From positions 1 to 64,000 of the IMG/VR virus record IMGVR_UViG_3300010885_020282: a stretch of 64,000 nt of DNA. One strand, written 5' to 3'. The stretch comes from a virus. The first letter of the stretch is position 1. Each line of letters begins with the position of its first letter. Below the pieces are notes generated by a model. The model had not been told where the DNA came from and did no database searches. It saw only the letters and a program-made list of their open reading frames with translations. This document shows, one piece after another, positions 47,681 through 57,422 of the stretch. The translations under genes and the position numbers were made by a program.

Positions 47681-49042
47681 ATGGCATATACCATTAATTT
47701 AACGGATGGCAGTATATTTGCAACAATTGCAGATGGTACCATCAACACAAGCTCTAGCATGATCCTAGTAGGTAAAAACTATGCTGGATATGGTGAGTTT
47801 TTAGACGAAAACTTTATACACTTGCTGGAGAACGGTGCTAATAATACCGCACCGAGTGCTCCGTTAACTGGCCAACTTTGGTGGGATAAAACCAACAATG
47901 TTATGAAAGTTTACAACGGTAGTACTTTCAAGGTTATATCAGCAAGTACAGCGTCTGCTAGTGCACCTAGTTCAAACGTAGCAGGCGACTTATGGTTTGA
48001 CACAGTTAATCAACAGCTAAAAGTCTACAATGGCAGCGCCTGGATCTTGGTTGGCCCTGCATCAACATCTGGCCAAGGCACATCTGGTGCAATTGTTACA
48101 ACTCTAGTAGACAATCTCAGTAACGACCACATTGTAATTCAATTATGGACCAATGATGTCATAGTTGGTATCATATCTAAAGACTTACCAGCATGGACTC
48201 CTGTTCCTTCTATCACAGGATTTGCTACAATTAGCCCGGGCTTCCAACTTAGTTCAACAGTTTCTGGTGCATACTTCCAAGGTACTGCTACCAATGCACT
48301 GGCCTTAGGCGGCGCAAATGCATCAACATTTTTGAGAGCCAACACAAACGTTACAACATCCGGCACGTTTGGTATTTTAAACAACGGTGGTCTCACAGTT
48401 GGAGAAAACCAAGATGGTAAACTACTGGTTAACGGGGTTAATTCCACAGTGAGTTTACAAAATCAAACAGCAGACGCTAATATCAGTATCATTGTCAATG
48501 ACGGTGGCGTACAAACCACAGCATTGTCTGTTAATGGCGCAACATCTCAAACAGGTGTGTTGGGCCTAACAAACTTAAATGCTAATGGCATTGGAAACTT
48601 GGGATCAAACTCAAGCTATTTTAACACAGTTTTTGCCACAGCAACCACAGCTCTATATGCTGACGTTGCAGAACGATTTGAAGCAGACGAACTGCTAGCA
48701 CCCGGGACAGTGGTTGAACTAGGCGGTGCAAAAGAAATTACTCGTGCTACTCAAGCACTCAGCGACACTGTATTTGGTGTTATCAGTACACGCCCAGCAT
48801 ATACCATGAACGGTGGCGCTGGCGATGACAATACACATCCTAGAGTGGCCATGACTGGGCGTGTACCGGTACAAGTTACTGGTAATATTAACAAAGGTGA
48901 CCGGTTGGTAGCAGCCGGCGATGGGCTAGCCCGTGCCGCACAACCCGGTGAAGCTACAGCATTTAATGTTATTGGTCGTTCACTCGAAACCAAGCATGCT
49001 AGTGGTAAACATGTGGTTGAAGCTATCGTAACAATTAAATAA
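47681..49042 (+). CDS. Tail fibre-like protein with C-terminal intramolecular-chaperone (peptidase G2/S74-type) domain
   Basis: GKNYAGYGE...ENF..LLEN, repeated G.LW.D....KVYNG; C-terminal YADVAE...PGTVV..GG...GVIST.PAY.MN...GRVPV. Confidence 0.75.
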   Translation: MAYTINLTDGSIFATIADGTINTSSSMILVGKNYAGYGEFLDENFIHLLENGANNTAPSAPLTGQLWWDKTNNVMKVYNGSTFKVISASTASASAPSSNVAGDLWFDTVNQQLKVYNGSAWILVGPASTSGQGTSGAIVTTLVDNLSNDHIVIQLWTNDVIVGIISKDLPAWTPVPSITGFATISPGFQLSSTVSGAYFQGTATNALALGGANASTFLRANTNVTTSGTFGILNNGGLTVGENQDGKLLVNGVNSTVSLQNQTADANISIIVNDGGVQTTALSVNGATSQTGVLGLTNLNANGIGNLGSNSSYFNTVFATATTALYADVAERFEADELLAPGTVVELGGAKEITRATQALSDTVFGVISTRPAYTMNGGAGDDNTHPRVAMTGRVPVQVTGNINKGDRLVAAGDGLARAAQPGEATAFNVIGRSLETKHASGKHVVEAIVTIK

Positions 49043-49057
49043 CAAGGAAGAATTAAC

Positions 49058-50056
49058 ATGACTTATTCACTAGGTGGCTTAATACAAGCAACAGACTATA
49101 ATGGTTTTGCAGCCAACACCGCAGGTGCCAATGTCAACGATATCTGGGCAACAGGTGCAACTGATAAAGGTTACGGCCAAAGTGCCTTGGCCACGGTATC
49201 AGCAGCCGGTACAGTCACAGCCACTCAGTGGGCTGGACTAGTTAACAACATTAGCAGTATGGCCAGTCACACTGGCACCAGTATCACAGCTCGTAGTGCA
49301 CCAACAGCAGGCAACACAATCAATATCCTGGCAGCTCTAAACACTGACCTAACCAATATCACAACCAACCGCGGAAACGCGGCAGCATCTGGTACTGAGT
49401 ATGGTACGTTTTCGGGTACTACTAGTCAAACTTCTGCTGTGGGATCTGGTACTGCTGCCTGGACCATTACATTCACACACACTGTGACTTTTGCTAGTGC
49501 CAATGCATTAAGATACTTCTTTAATGCTGGCGGTATTGTGCGCCTCAAATATGGCAAAAGCTCAACTGGAACCGACAATGATCCAGATTGGAACACCTTT
49601 GCCGGGCTGTGCGGGTCAATTAATTTGACAGGTCGTGTAAACGCTACCACCAACACAATTGCCGGCCAGGCCTACACCGGAACCACCCGTCTTGGTGGTG
49701 GTGGCGGTACACAAACTACTTTGGCCACAACCACAGGATGGTACAATTTAACTGGATCACCTACAACAATATTCCAGTTAAACAACGCTACAGCACCATA
49801 TTCGGGTGAATATATTCGTACCACAGCCACAGCAACATCCAGCACAGTATTGACCTTGGTCACCACCTGGGTCAGTGATGGTAGTTCAGGAGCTGGTACA
49901 TCAGCTAATATTACAGGTGGTACAGCAACCTCAAGTCCAAGCACCACAATCTCAGGCACAGCACCTACTACATTATGCACCTACTTGCCACCTAGTTCAA
50001 CATACTTGACCACTGCCGCTTGGGGCACACCTACTATTGCTGCCTCAGTAGCATAA
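49058..50056 (+). CDS. Thr/Ser/Ala/Gly-rich virion structural protein
   Basis: MTY..G.LI.ATDYN, RYFFNAGG motifs; last gene before a terminator. Confidence 0.65.
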   Translation: MTYSLGGLIQATDYNGFAANTAGANVNDIWATGATDKGYGQSALATVSAAGTVTATQWAGLVNNISSMASHTGTSITARSAPTAGNTINILAALNTDLTNITTNRGNAAASGTEYGTFSGTTSQTSAVGSGTAAWTITFTHTVTFASANALRYFFNAGGIVRLKYGKSSTGTDNDPDWNTFAGLCGSINLTGRVNATTNTIAGQAYTGTTRLGGGGGTQTTLATTTGWYNLTGSPTTIFQLNNATAPYSGEYIRTTATATSSTVLTLVTTWVSDGSSGAGTSANITGGTATSSPSTTISGTAPTTLCTYLPPSSTYLTTAAWGTPTIAASVA

Positions 50057-50076
50057 TCTGGCAACATAGTACATGA

Positions 50077-50103
50077 AAAGGGCCTGCGGGCCCTTTACCT
50101 TTT
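50077..50103 (+). terminator. Rho-independent terminator ending the structural module
   Basis: AAAGGGCC-TGCG-GGCCCTTT hairpin followed by ACCTTTT. Confidence 0.75.
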
Positions 50104-50122
50104 GTAAATATTGCTGTATAAT
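50094..50122 (+). promoter_or_regulatory. Sigma70-type promoter (with an embedded TAAATA) heading the modification island
   Basis: TTTACC (50094-50099), 17 nt, TATAAT (50117-50122); TAAATA at 50105-50110. Confidence 0.55.
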
Positions 50123-50128
50123 ATGAAC

Positions 50129-50437
50129 ATGAATACTGATGCTTTAATTATCCACGCACGGGCTAGATTTGATCATGAAACGGCACGTCGCGTTTTAAAA
50201 GAAAAATACCAAGCCCGAATGTTGTTTGCCTACAATGGCGGTATGTGGCAGGCTGGTCCTGAACTATTAACGTTACTGCAAGCTGTGCCAGTTGAAGATG
50301 ATGTAGTGTTGCTGGATCTATATGACAATCCTGTAAAAATCAATCCTGCGGAATTGCAGTATCTAGCTCTTGGACGTTGGCAAGAACAAATGAACGCCTG
50401 GCTAGTTGAGCATGATGAAATGAGTCGTAAACGATGA
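50129..50437 (+). CDS. Hypothetical protein
   Basis: In-frame ATGs at 50123 and 50129; ATGA-coupled to the next gene. Confidence 0.7.
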   Translation: MNTDALIIHARARFDHETARRVLKEKYQARMLFAYNGGMWQAGPELLTLLQAVPVEDDVVLLDLYDNPVKINPAELQYLALGRWQEQMNAWLVEHDEMSRKR

Positions 50438-51240
50438 CCACTGGCGCACTAATACTTGCCTTCAACAATGAAGAAACAGATTATGTAGCCATGGCATCAT
50501 GGAGTGCTAGAAACATACGTCGGCATCTTGGAATCCCAACCTCAATTATAACTGACTGTGTTGATGCTGCCAAGCTTGTTGATTTTGATCACGTGATATC
50601 AGCCAATTCACAAACTGGCGGTACACGCTATTTTGAAGATTATGACCGAACAGTGACCTGGCATAATGCTGGCCGCACTGATGTATACAATTTAACACCA
50701 TATGATCAAACATTGGTGCTAGATGCTGATTATGTTGTGGCCTGTAATGATTTGAAAACAGTGTTAAATGCAACACAGGATTTTATGTGCCACCGGCATG
50801 CACTTGACTTGACAACAGGAACTCTGTTTACTAACCTTAACCAATTTGGTGATTATAATTTTCCCATGTGGTGGGCCACAGTCATAATGTTCCGTAAAAG
50901 TAATACAGCACAATACATTTTTGATTCAATGCAAATGGTACGTGCTAACTGGCAGCACTATCGAGACTTGTACGGAATTAGACAAAGTAACTATCGAAAC
51001 GACTATGCACTCAGCATTGCATTGGGTGTTGTGAGCGGGCACACACTACAAGTTGATAATATTCCTTGGCCACTGTACAGCCTTGTGCCCAGTGTGGGAT
51101 TATCAAGAGTGCACGAAGACTCGTATCAGATACAGTACACAGATTCACAAAACCGACTCAAACAAATGACTTTTAGTGGTTTAGATTTTCACGCCATGGG
51201 CAAAAAACATCTGGAGGCTGTAATTGCCAGTACTAGCTGA
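50434..51240 (+). CDS. GT-A fold glycosyltransferase-like protein
   Basis: LTPYDQTLVLDADY (DxD), WATVIMFRK, RNDYALSIA, late H. Confidence 0.65.
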   Translation: MTTGALILAFNNEETDYVAMASWSARNIRRHLGIPTSIITDCVDAAKLVDFDHVISANSQTGGTRYFEDYDRTVTWHNAGRTDVYNLTPYDQTLVLDADYVVACNDLKTVLNATQDFMCHRHALDLTTGTLFTNLNQFGDYNFPMWWATVIMFRKSNTAQYIFDSMQMVRANWQHYRDLYGIRQSNYRNDYALSIALGVVSGHTLQVDNIPWPLYSLVPSVGLSRVHEDSYQIQYTDSQNRLKQMTFSGLDFHAMGKKHLEAVIASTS

Positions 51241-51988
51241 ACGTGGGTACGTAATTCCTGCTATCGATACTGAAGATGTTGATTATCTGTCCTGTGCAAT
51301 AAAACTAGCACAGTCTATACGTCAATGGCATCCTGATGCTGATATATCTGTGTTGACTGTGCGTAGGTGTAGTGATTCTGTTTTCAATCATGTGATACCT
51401 TTACCACATGGTGACCTAGGTGGCTACGCAAATGACTGGCAAGTGTTTGCTGCCAGCCCTTATAGACAAACTATCAAGCTTGAAGCAGACATGTTGATAG
51501 CCAGCCCCATTGATCACTGGTGGACCATGTTTGAACATCGGGATGTGGTTGTTAGTACAGGATGTAGAGATTTTTATGATCAACCTGCAACCACAAGACG
51601 TTATCGTAAATTTATCGATGATAACCAGTTACCAGATGTTTATAATGCCATTACCTATTGGAGATTGAGTGCAACTGCACGAGATTTTTTTAACCTAGTG
51701 CGTAGCATTTTTGAAAATTGGGATGAATACAAACAACTGGTAAAGTTTCCTGAAGACACTCCCAGCACAGATTTTGTGTATGCCATGGCAGCACAGATCA
51801 TAGGTCCAGAATTGATCACCATGCCGTTTGCTAGTTACCCACGTATAGTACACATGAAGCGACATATTATTGGAACGCAAACAGAAGATTGGACTCAAGA
51901 ACTGGTATGGGAACAAGACCCATTGCGAATACAAACTGTGGCACAATGGGGTGCATTTCATTACAACATAAAGGATTGGCTATCATGA
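51224..51988 (+). CDS. GT-A fold glycosyltransferase-like protein (paralogue of the previous gene)
   Basis: SPYRQTIKLEADM (ExD), YNAITYWR, STDFVYAMA, FHY. Confidence 0.65.
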   Translation: MPVLAERGYVIPAIDTEDVDYLSCAIKLAQSIRQWHPDADISVLTVRRCSDSVFNHVIPLPHGDLGGYANDWQVFAASPYRQTIKLEADMLIASPIDHWWTMFEHRDVVVSTGCRDFYDQPATTRRYRKFIDDNQLPDVYNAITYWRLSATARDFFNLVRSIFENWDEYKQLVKFPEDTPSTDFVYAMAAQIIGPELITMPFASYPRIVHMKRHIIGTQTEDWTQELVWEQDPLRIQTVAQWGAFHYNIKDWLS

Positions 51989-52317
51989 TGACTGAACAAG
52001 AGTTTTGGGATATTTTACATGATGCTCCGCCCCCCAACCCTGTATTCTTTAGGTTATATTATGACGAATTAGGGACTCCGGTAACTTATACCATGGAAGA
52101 TCTACCTGGTAACTATATAGAGATTGACGCAGCCACATTTGCTTTGAGTCCAGTTAATGTGCGTGTGCGCAATAATCAGTTGATAGAAATTGTTACCATG
52201 CGTTCACAAAAACTTGTACCCGGCCAAGCTGGTAACAAATGCCATCCCCGCGATGTTGCTGTGATTGTAACAACTGATACCAGCACACTATGGAAGAAAA
52301 AAGTCTATGAAAGTTGA
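51985..52317 (+). CDS. Hypothetical protein
   Basis: ATGA overlap at 51985 preferred over the ORF-track start; FRLYYDE.G motif. Confidence 0.65.
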   Translation: MMTEQEFWDILHDAPPPNPVFFRLYYDELGTPVTYTMEDLPGNYIEIDAATFALSPVNVRVRNNQLIEIVTMRSQKLVPGQAGNKCHPRDVAVIVTTDTSTLWKKKVYES

Positions 52318-53230
52318 CATTGCAGATCTAGACTGCATTTATTTGAGTTACGATGAACCAGCTAGGGAAGAGTTTTGGGTCAAGATTCGCAACATGATTC
52401 CTTGGGCACAACGTGTGGATGGTGTCAAGGGTAGTGATGCCGCACACAAAGCGGCAGCAGCCGCAAGTGACACTGAAAGATTTATTTTAATCGACGGAGA
52501 TAACTTACCTGATCCTGCGTTCTTTAACCAAACACTCAACTTTGCCACAGCAGATCACGAGCAAGCAGTTTTTCGTTGGAGAGCACGTAATCACATCAAT
52601 GGACTCATGTACGGTAATGGTGGCCTAAGTTCGTGGACACGTACATTTGTAAACTCGATGCGCACACACGAAGCTACCGATGGGCGGGACGAAACAGTGG
52701 TAGAGTTTTGTTTTGACCCACTATACTGGGCCATGCATGATTGTTACTCTACTACATATCCCAATGGATCTCCCAAACACGCCTGGCGTGCTGGTTTCCG
52801 TGAAGGTGTCAAGATGTGTCTAGACCGTGGGCGCAAGCCTAGCACCGCTGAGTTTAGACAACGTGTGCATCAGCGCAACCTAGACAATCTAACTGTGTGG
52901 CAAAATGTTGGCTTGGATGTTGACCAGGGAGCCTGGGCCATTGCTGGTGCTAGAATGGGCACGTACAAAACAATGCTGACAGACTGGGATTTTCGTGAAG
53001 TGCAATGGTTTGATGCACTAGAAGCAATCTGGGAATCAATCAAGTCAACTGACCCTGCTGAGATTATTCAACAGTACTCTGGTCCGTTGCAAACTCAATT
53101 GGATCTGCCAACAGCAATAATGATGCCTGATCAGAGTCAATTCTTTAAACATCATTATCGCAGTAATTGGCACAATCTCGGCGTTATGACAAGAGAGATC
53201 GATGTAATAAGAAAGCAAGAGGGTTGGTGA
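52307..53230 (+). CDS. Glycosyltransferase-like (GT-A) protein
   Basis: YLSYDEP, RVDGVKGSDAAH, FILIDGDN (DxD), NGLMYGNGG, AWRAGFREGVKM. Confidence 0.6.
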   Translation: MKVDIADLDCIYLSYDEPAREEFWVKIRNMIPWAQRVDGVKGSDAAHKAAAAASDTERFILIDGDNLPDPAFFNQTLNFATADHEQAVFRWRARNHINGLMYGNGGLSSWTRTFVNSMRTHEATDGRDETVVEFCFDPLYWAMHDCYSTTYPNGSPKHAWRAGFREGVKMCLDRGRKPSTAEFRQRVHQRNLDNLTVWQNVGLDVDQGAWAIAGARMGTYKTMLTDWDFREVQWFDALEAIWESIKSTDPAEIIQQYSGPLQTQLDLPTAIMMPDQSQFFKHHYRSNWHNLGVMTREIDVIRKQEGW

Positions 53231-53931
53231 TGCGTTTATTGGTCAATGGATGTAGTTTTAGTCGTGGTCCCATTGCCTGGCCCAATCACGTGGCTCGTTT
53301 GTTAAATGCAGATCTTGTTAACCTAGCACAGTCGGGTGCAGGCAACAACTACATTGCCCAAACAACACAAGCAGAGCTTGCACGATGCGACTATGATCTT
53401 GTGCTGGTTATGTGGAGCGGGCTAGAACGCATTGATATACAAGTGGAGCGCATAGAAGATTTTGATCAAACACTGTGCACTAGCTTGTATCAAAGCAGTC
53501 AAAACGACTGGGCTGAAAAAATAGTAGAACCTGTAAACGATCAAGACTGTGTACAAAAAGACTGGGTGTTTGGTGTAGGATATTTGAATGGTGATCGATT
53601 CCTAACAAGCAATGGGCTGTTTACTAAACAATACATGTACCAGTCATTGAGCCAGCACACACAACGTAGCATGTATCACATGATCAGTTTGCAGAGTTAT
53701 TGCAAATCTCGTGGCATACCGTTTGTGGCAACATTCTATCAAAACTATGTGACTGAGTTTGATCATTTCCCTACACTAAAAGCTCAGTTAGACTGGAACA
53801 ATATCTATAATCAAGTCAACTTGTTTGATCTTGTCAAGCAAACAAAGGACTTTGATACAGATGGGCTACACCCTGGTGCAACGGCATATGAACGCTGGGC
53901 TGTTAATTTATATAATTTTATTTCAAAATGA
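53230..53931 (+). CDS. SGNH/GDSL hydrolase-like protein
   Basis: VNGCSFS (block I), NLAQSGAGN (block II), DGLHPG (block V); TGATG-coupled start at 53230. Confidence 0.7.
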   Translation: MRLLVNGCSFSRGPIAWPNHVARLLNADLVNLAQSGAGNNYIAQTTQAELARCDYDLVLVMWSGLERIDIQVERIEDFDQTLCTSLYQSSQNDWAEKIVEPVNDQDCVQKDWVFGVGYLNGDRFLTSNGLFTKQYMYQSLSQHTQRSMYHMISLQSYCKSRGIPFVATFYQNYVTEFDHFPTLKAQLDWNNIYNQVNLFDLVKQTKDFDTDGLHPGATAYERWAVNLYNFISK

Positions 53932-54905
53932 TCACACTACCAAACATAGATGGAAAAATTTGGAATCTTGAACAAAAGATTGTTGACATAATAGATTGTG
54001 TAATAAATCAACAGTCCTTGACTATTAGTCTAAACAACGAAGGGCCCGACGCTGCCGAGCTGGGCTTGTATTCTTTGTTAGACGCTATTTGTAGACAATA
54101 CAATTACCCTAAACAAAATATACATATCTTAACTTGTAATCAGTTAGAATATCATCATGAGTATTGTATAGAAAAACAATCACCTCTGTATGTGTCTGAA
54201 TCACAGCAATTTGCACTAAAGCACCAATTCCCAACAAAAACATTCGGTGACAGCTTCAAACACTTTGGTTTGTTTATAGGTCGCAGTAATTGGTTACGAT
54301 TATGGCTTGCTAGTTATATGTACAATTGTCACCGAAATCAAACAAAGATGACTTTTCACTACGATCCTAAACTGGACTTTCATCAGGATCACCTGGGCTT
54401 AGACGATCTAATCAGATTTAAATCAGACTTAATACAGGATCTAAATCCAATGCAATTGATTTCTGATTCCCCAATAGTAGATCAAACTGTAGAAACATAC
54501 CCTATACTAACACCGGCACATTTTAATATAAGCAAAGTATACCATTCTTTCTTTTTAGAAATAGTATGCGAAACGTACAGCCGTGGCGCTAGTTTTTACC
54601 CCACTGAAAAAATCTGGCGCCCAATCATCAACCGCACCCCTTTTATTGTTCAGGGTCCTCAGAATTATACCAACAACCTGCATCGTTTAGGGTTTAAAAC
54701 TTTTAGTAACTGGTTTGATGAAAGTCATGGCCAAGATGATTACAGTTATCAACCCGTGGGTATTTGTACTACATTGAATCAATTGGCTGCATATTCAACA
54801 GAAGAGTTAGAGGGCATATATATTGACATGACTGATACATTAGAACACAACTATCAAGTCTTGATGGAATTAACTGACAAAAAGATAGTAGAGATTTTTA
54901 AATGA
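53928..54905 (+). CDS. Glycosyltransferase-like protein (GT10/GT-B-type TEK motif)
   Basis: FLEIVCET...FYPTEKIWRPI...PFIVQG...LGFKTF..FDES. Confidence 0.55.
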   Translation: MITLPNIDGKIWNLEQKIVDIIDCVINQQSLTISLNNEGPDAAELGLYSLLDAICRQYNYPKQNIHILTCNQLEYHHEYCIEKQSPLYVSESQQFALKHQFPTKTFGDSFKHFGLFIGRSNWLRLWLASYMYNCHRNQTKMTFHYDPKLDFHQDHLGLDDLIRFKSDLIQDLNPMQLISDSPIVDQTVETYPILTPAHFNISKVYHSFFLEIVCETYSRGASFYPTEKIWRPIINRTPFIVQGPQNYTNNLHRLGFKTFSNWFDESHGQDDYSYQPVGICTTLNQLAAYSTEELEGIYIDMTDTLEHNYQVLMELTDKKIVEIFK

Positions 54906-56296
54906 GCCAGGACAATGAAACACTAACCAACAAAAGCAACTTCATGGGATCTGCCGAGCAAATGAAAGACTCCCTGGGTCCTGCTCTTTGCCTGGCTAAA
55001 TGGAAGCAAGTGAGTCTACACTTGCCTACTGGGCTCAACAACTCGTGTTACCATCCTCCCTTGCAATCAATTCCAGTGGAGGGATTGGCAGATAACCCTG
55101 GACAGTTGCACAACACTCCGCACAAAAAAGCACAACGTGTGTTAATGCTAAAGAATGAACGCCCTGCAGAATGCCAGTACTGTTGGAACATGGAAGACCT
55201 AGGCGAAATGAGTGACCGGCATTATCGTTCAGGTGAACCCTGGGCCGCAGTTGACCTAGAAAAAATTCGTAACAGCACAGGACTCGAAGATGACATTATC
55301 CCCAGTTACGTGGAAGTTAATTTTAATCATGCTTGTAATCTTAAATGTAGTTATTGCTCACCTCAGTTTAGTTCAAGTTGGCAAGACGAAGTGGAAAGAC
55401 ACGGAGCATACCCCACCCATCGCCCTCATAATGCTCCTGAGCACTTTAGTGGTAATCGCAGACCTATTCCTGCTAGGGCCGATAACCCTTATGTAGATGC
55501 TTTCTGGGCTTGGTGGCCCACCTTGTACCCACAACTAAAACATTTTCGCATGACCGGCGGCGAACCACTAATGGATCGAAACACCTATCGAGTGTTTGAC
55601 TATGTGTTGGCCTTGCCCAAACCCGATTTGCATTTAAATGTAACCAGTAACTTTAGCGTAGAAGATGTGTTGTTTGAAAAGTACCTGGGCTATGTCAAAC
55701 AGCTATGTGACACCAATATTGAACACTTCATGCAGTATGTGAGCCTTGACACAGGTAATTTTTTACAAGCCGAATACATACGGCATGGTCTCAACGGCGC
55801 AAGATTAATTGACAATGTGTTGCGTTACCTAGATGAAGTTCCTGCAAGAAACAGTTTGACATTTATTGTTACTATGAACAATCTCTCTGTAACAGGATTC
55901 CAAAGTTTGATGGAATGGATACTTGTGCTAAGAACTACATTTAGCGACACCTATCAACGTGTGTGGTTTGATACCCCTGTATTACGTGCACCCTCTTGGC
56001 AAAGCCTGCAAATCTTGCCTGAAAGTTATGCTGTCATGTTAGAACGCACAGCTGATTGGATGCAAGAGCGTGTTACTGCAGGATTGCACGGCTTTAAAGA
56101 TTATGAAGTGCAACGTTTGCGGAGAGACATCGCCTGGATGCGAGAAGGACAAAAGCTTGATAATATTCAAAACAAAGCAGACTTTTATCGTTTCTTTAGC
56201 GAGCACGATCGTAGACGAGATACAGACTTCTTGCAAACTTTTCCTGAAATGAAGTCCTGGTGGACAGAATGTGAAGCGCATGCTCGGCAATCGTAA
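54902..56296 (+). CDS. Radical SAM protein with N-terminal Twitch-like domain
   Basis: CLAKW...SCYHP...ECQYCW, then CNLKCSYC and TGGEP. Confidence 0.9.
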   Translation: MSQDNETLTNKSNFMGSAEQMKDSLGPALCLAKWKQVSLHLPTGLNNSCYHPPLQSIPVEGLADNPGQLHNTPHKKAQRVLMLKNERPAECQYCWNMEDLGEMSDRHYRSGEPWAAVDLEKIRNSTGLEDDIIPSYVEVNFNHACNLKCSYCSPQFSSSWQDEVERHGAYPTHRPHNAPEHFSGNRRPIPARADNPYVDAFWAWWPTLYPQLKHFRMTGGEPLMDRNTYRVFDYVLALPKPDLHLNVTSNFSVEDVLFEKYLGYVKQLCDTNIEHFMQYVSLDTGNFLQAEYIRHGLNGARLIDNVLRYLDEVPARNSLTFIVTMNNLSVTGFQSLMEWILVLRTTFSDTYQRVWFDTPVLRAPSWQSLQILPESYAVMLERTADWMQERVTAGLHGFKDYEVQRLRRDIAWMREGQKLDNIQNKADFYRFFSEHDRRRDTDFLQTFPEMKSWWTECEAHARQS

Positions 56297-57422
56297 ACTA
56301 ATACTAGACAGATTTTGTGAAGTATACTTGTTATTAAAACCCTGGGTAGATGAAATATTTTGGGATTTCTCCACAGTAGATCCTGAACCCGGTGCAATAT
56401 ACATGATTGGACGACAGCAACTGATCAACAATCGTGAAAAATTTCGGGACATGGCCGCTAGCGGATTATACACAATGGTGTTTAACAACAGTGCCGAAGG
56501 ATCGTGGACATTAGAAAGTCAAATAAAACAACTCAAACTTGAAGAACTAGCACTGGATAAAAGGATATTGTTTGTAGGCGGTGCACCAATTAACCTAGAC
56601 TTTGCGTGTTTATCACATGAGCACTTTTTGGCCAGCATACTGGACTACGATGAAAACGTTGCTGTGCAATCTCATACCGATGACATATTCTCCAAGCATG
56701 ACAAGCCATATAAGTTCTTATTTTTAAATGGTCGTGCCAGACCGCATAGGAAATATCTGTACGAACGATTCAAAAGAAATGGTACACTAGACCATGCTTT
56801 ATGGACCATGTTGGATGCCAAGCCTACTGTGGTTAGAACATTTGATTTATACGAGAACGACACAAATGTCATGGCCACACCAACACCATTGCAACGCTTG
56901 CCAGACCACTACGAAGTAGACAGATATCGTGATCCCACGTTTGGGCCAATTGTGCTGGATCAATCCAACATAAAACAAGAATTATTTAGAAATGAATGGG
57001 GTGATATTTACCTTGCACCCGAACCATATGTGGACACATATTTTAGTCTGGTTACAGAAACAGTATGTGCAGAAAGTACATACAGTTTTAGAACAGAAAA
57101 AATAGCTAAACCACTTGTCATGGGTCACCCATTTATTGTGGCATCAACGCCGGGGTTTTATCAAGACTTACACACCCTAGGATTTAAAACATTTGCCGGT
57201 ATCATTGATGAAAGTTTTGATTCAATTGACAACGCTCAACTTAGAATGGATCGAATTGTGGACATTGTAACAGATTTATGTCAGCAAGACCTTGCGAGTT
57301 TCCTTCGGGCGTGTTATAATGTATGTAAATACAATCAGCAACATCTTGTGGAAATTCAAGCAAAAGATCGAAAAGAATTTCCTGATCGTTTCTCCCAATT
57401 TATAAATCAATACATTCAATGA
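56280..57422 (+). CDS. Glycosyltransferase-like protein (TEK motif), paralogue of 53928..54905
   Basis: FLFLNGRARPHR, FSLVTET...FRTEKIAKPL..GHPFIV...LGFKTF..IIDESFD. Confidence 0.55.
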   Translation: MLGNRKLILDRFCEVYLLLKPWVDEIFWDFSTVDPEPGAIYMIGRQQLINNREKFRDMAASGLYTMVFNNSAEGSWTLESQIKQLKLEELALDKRILFVGGAPINLDFACLSHEHFLASILDYDENVAVQSHTDDIFSKHDKPYKFLFLNGRARPHRKYLYERFKRNGTLDHALWTMLDAKPTVVRTFDLYENDTNVMATPTPLQRLPDHYEVDRYRDPTFGPIVLDQSNIKQELFRNEWGDIYLAPEPYVDTYFSLVTETVCAESTYSFRTEKIAKPLVMGHPFIVASTPGFYQDLHTLGFKTFAGIIDESFDSIDNAQLRMDRIVDIVTDLCQQDLASFLRACYNVCKYNQQHLVEIQAKDRKEFPDRFSQFINQYIQ

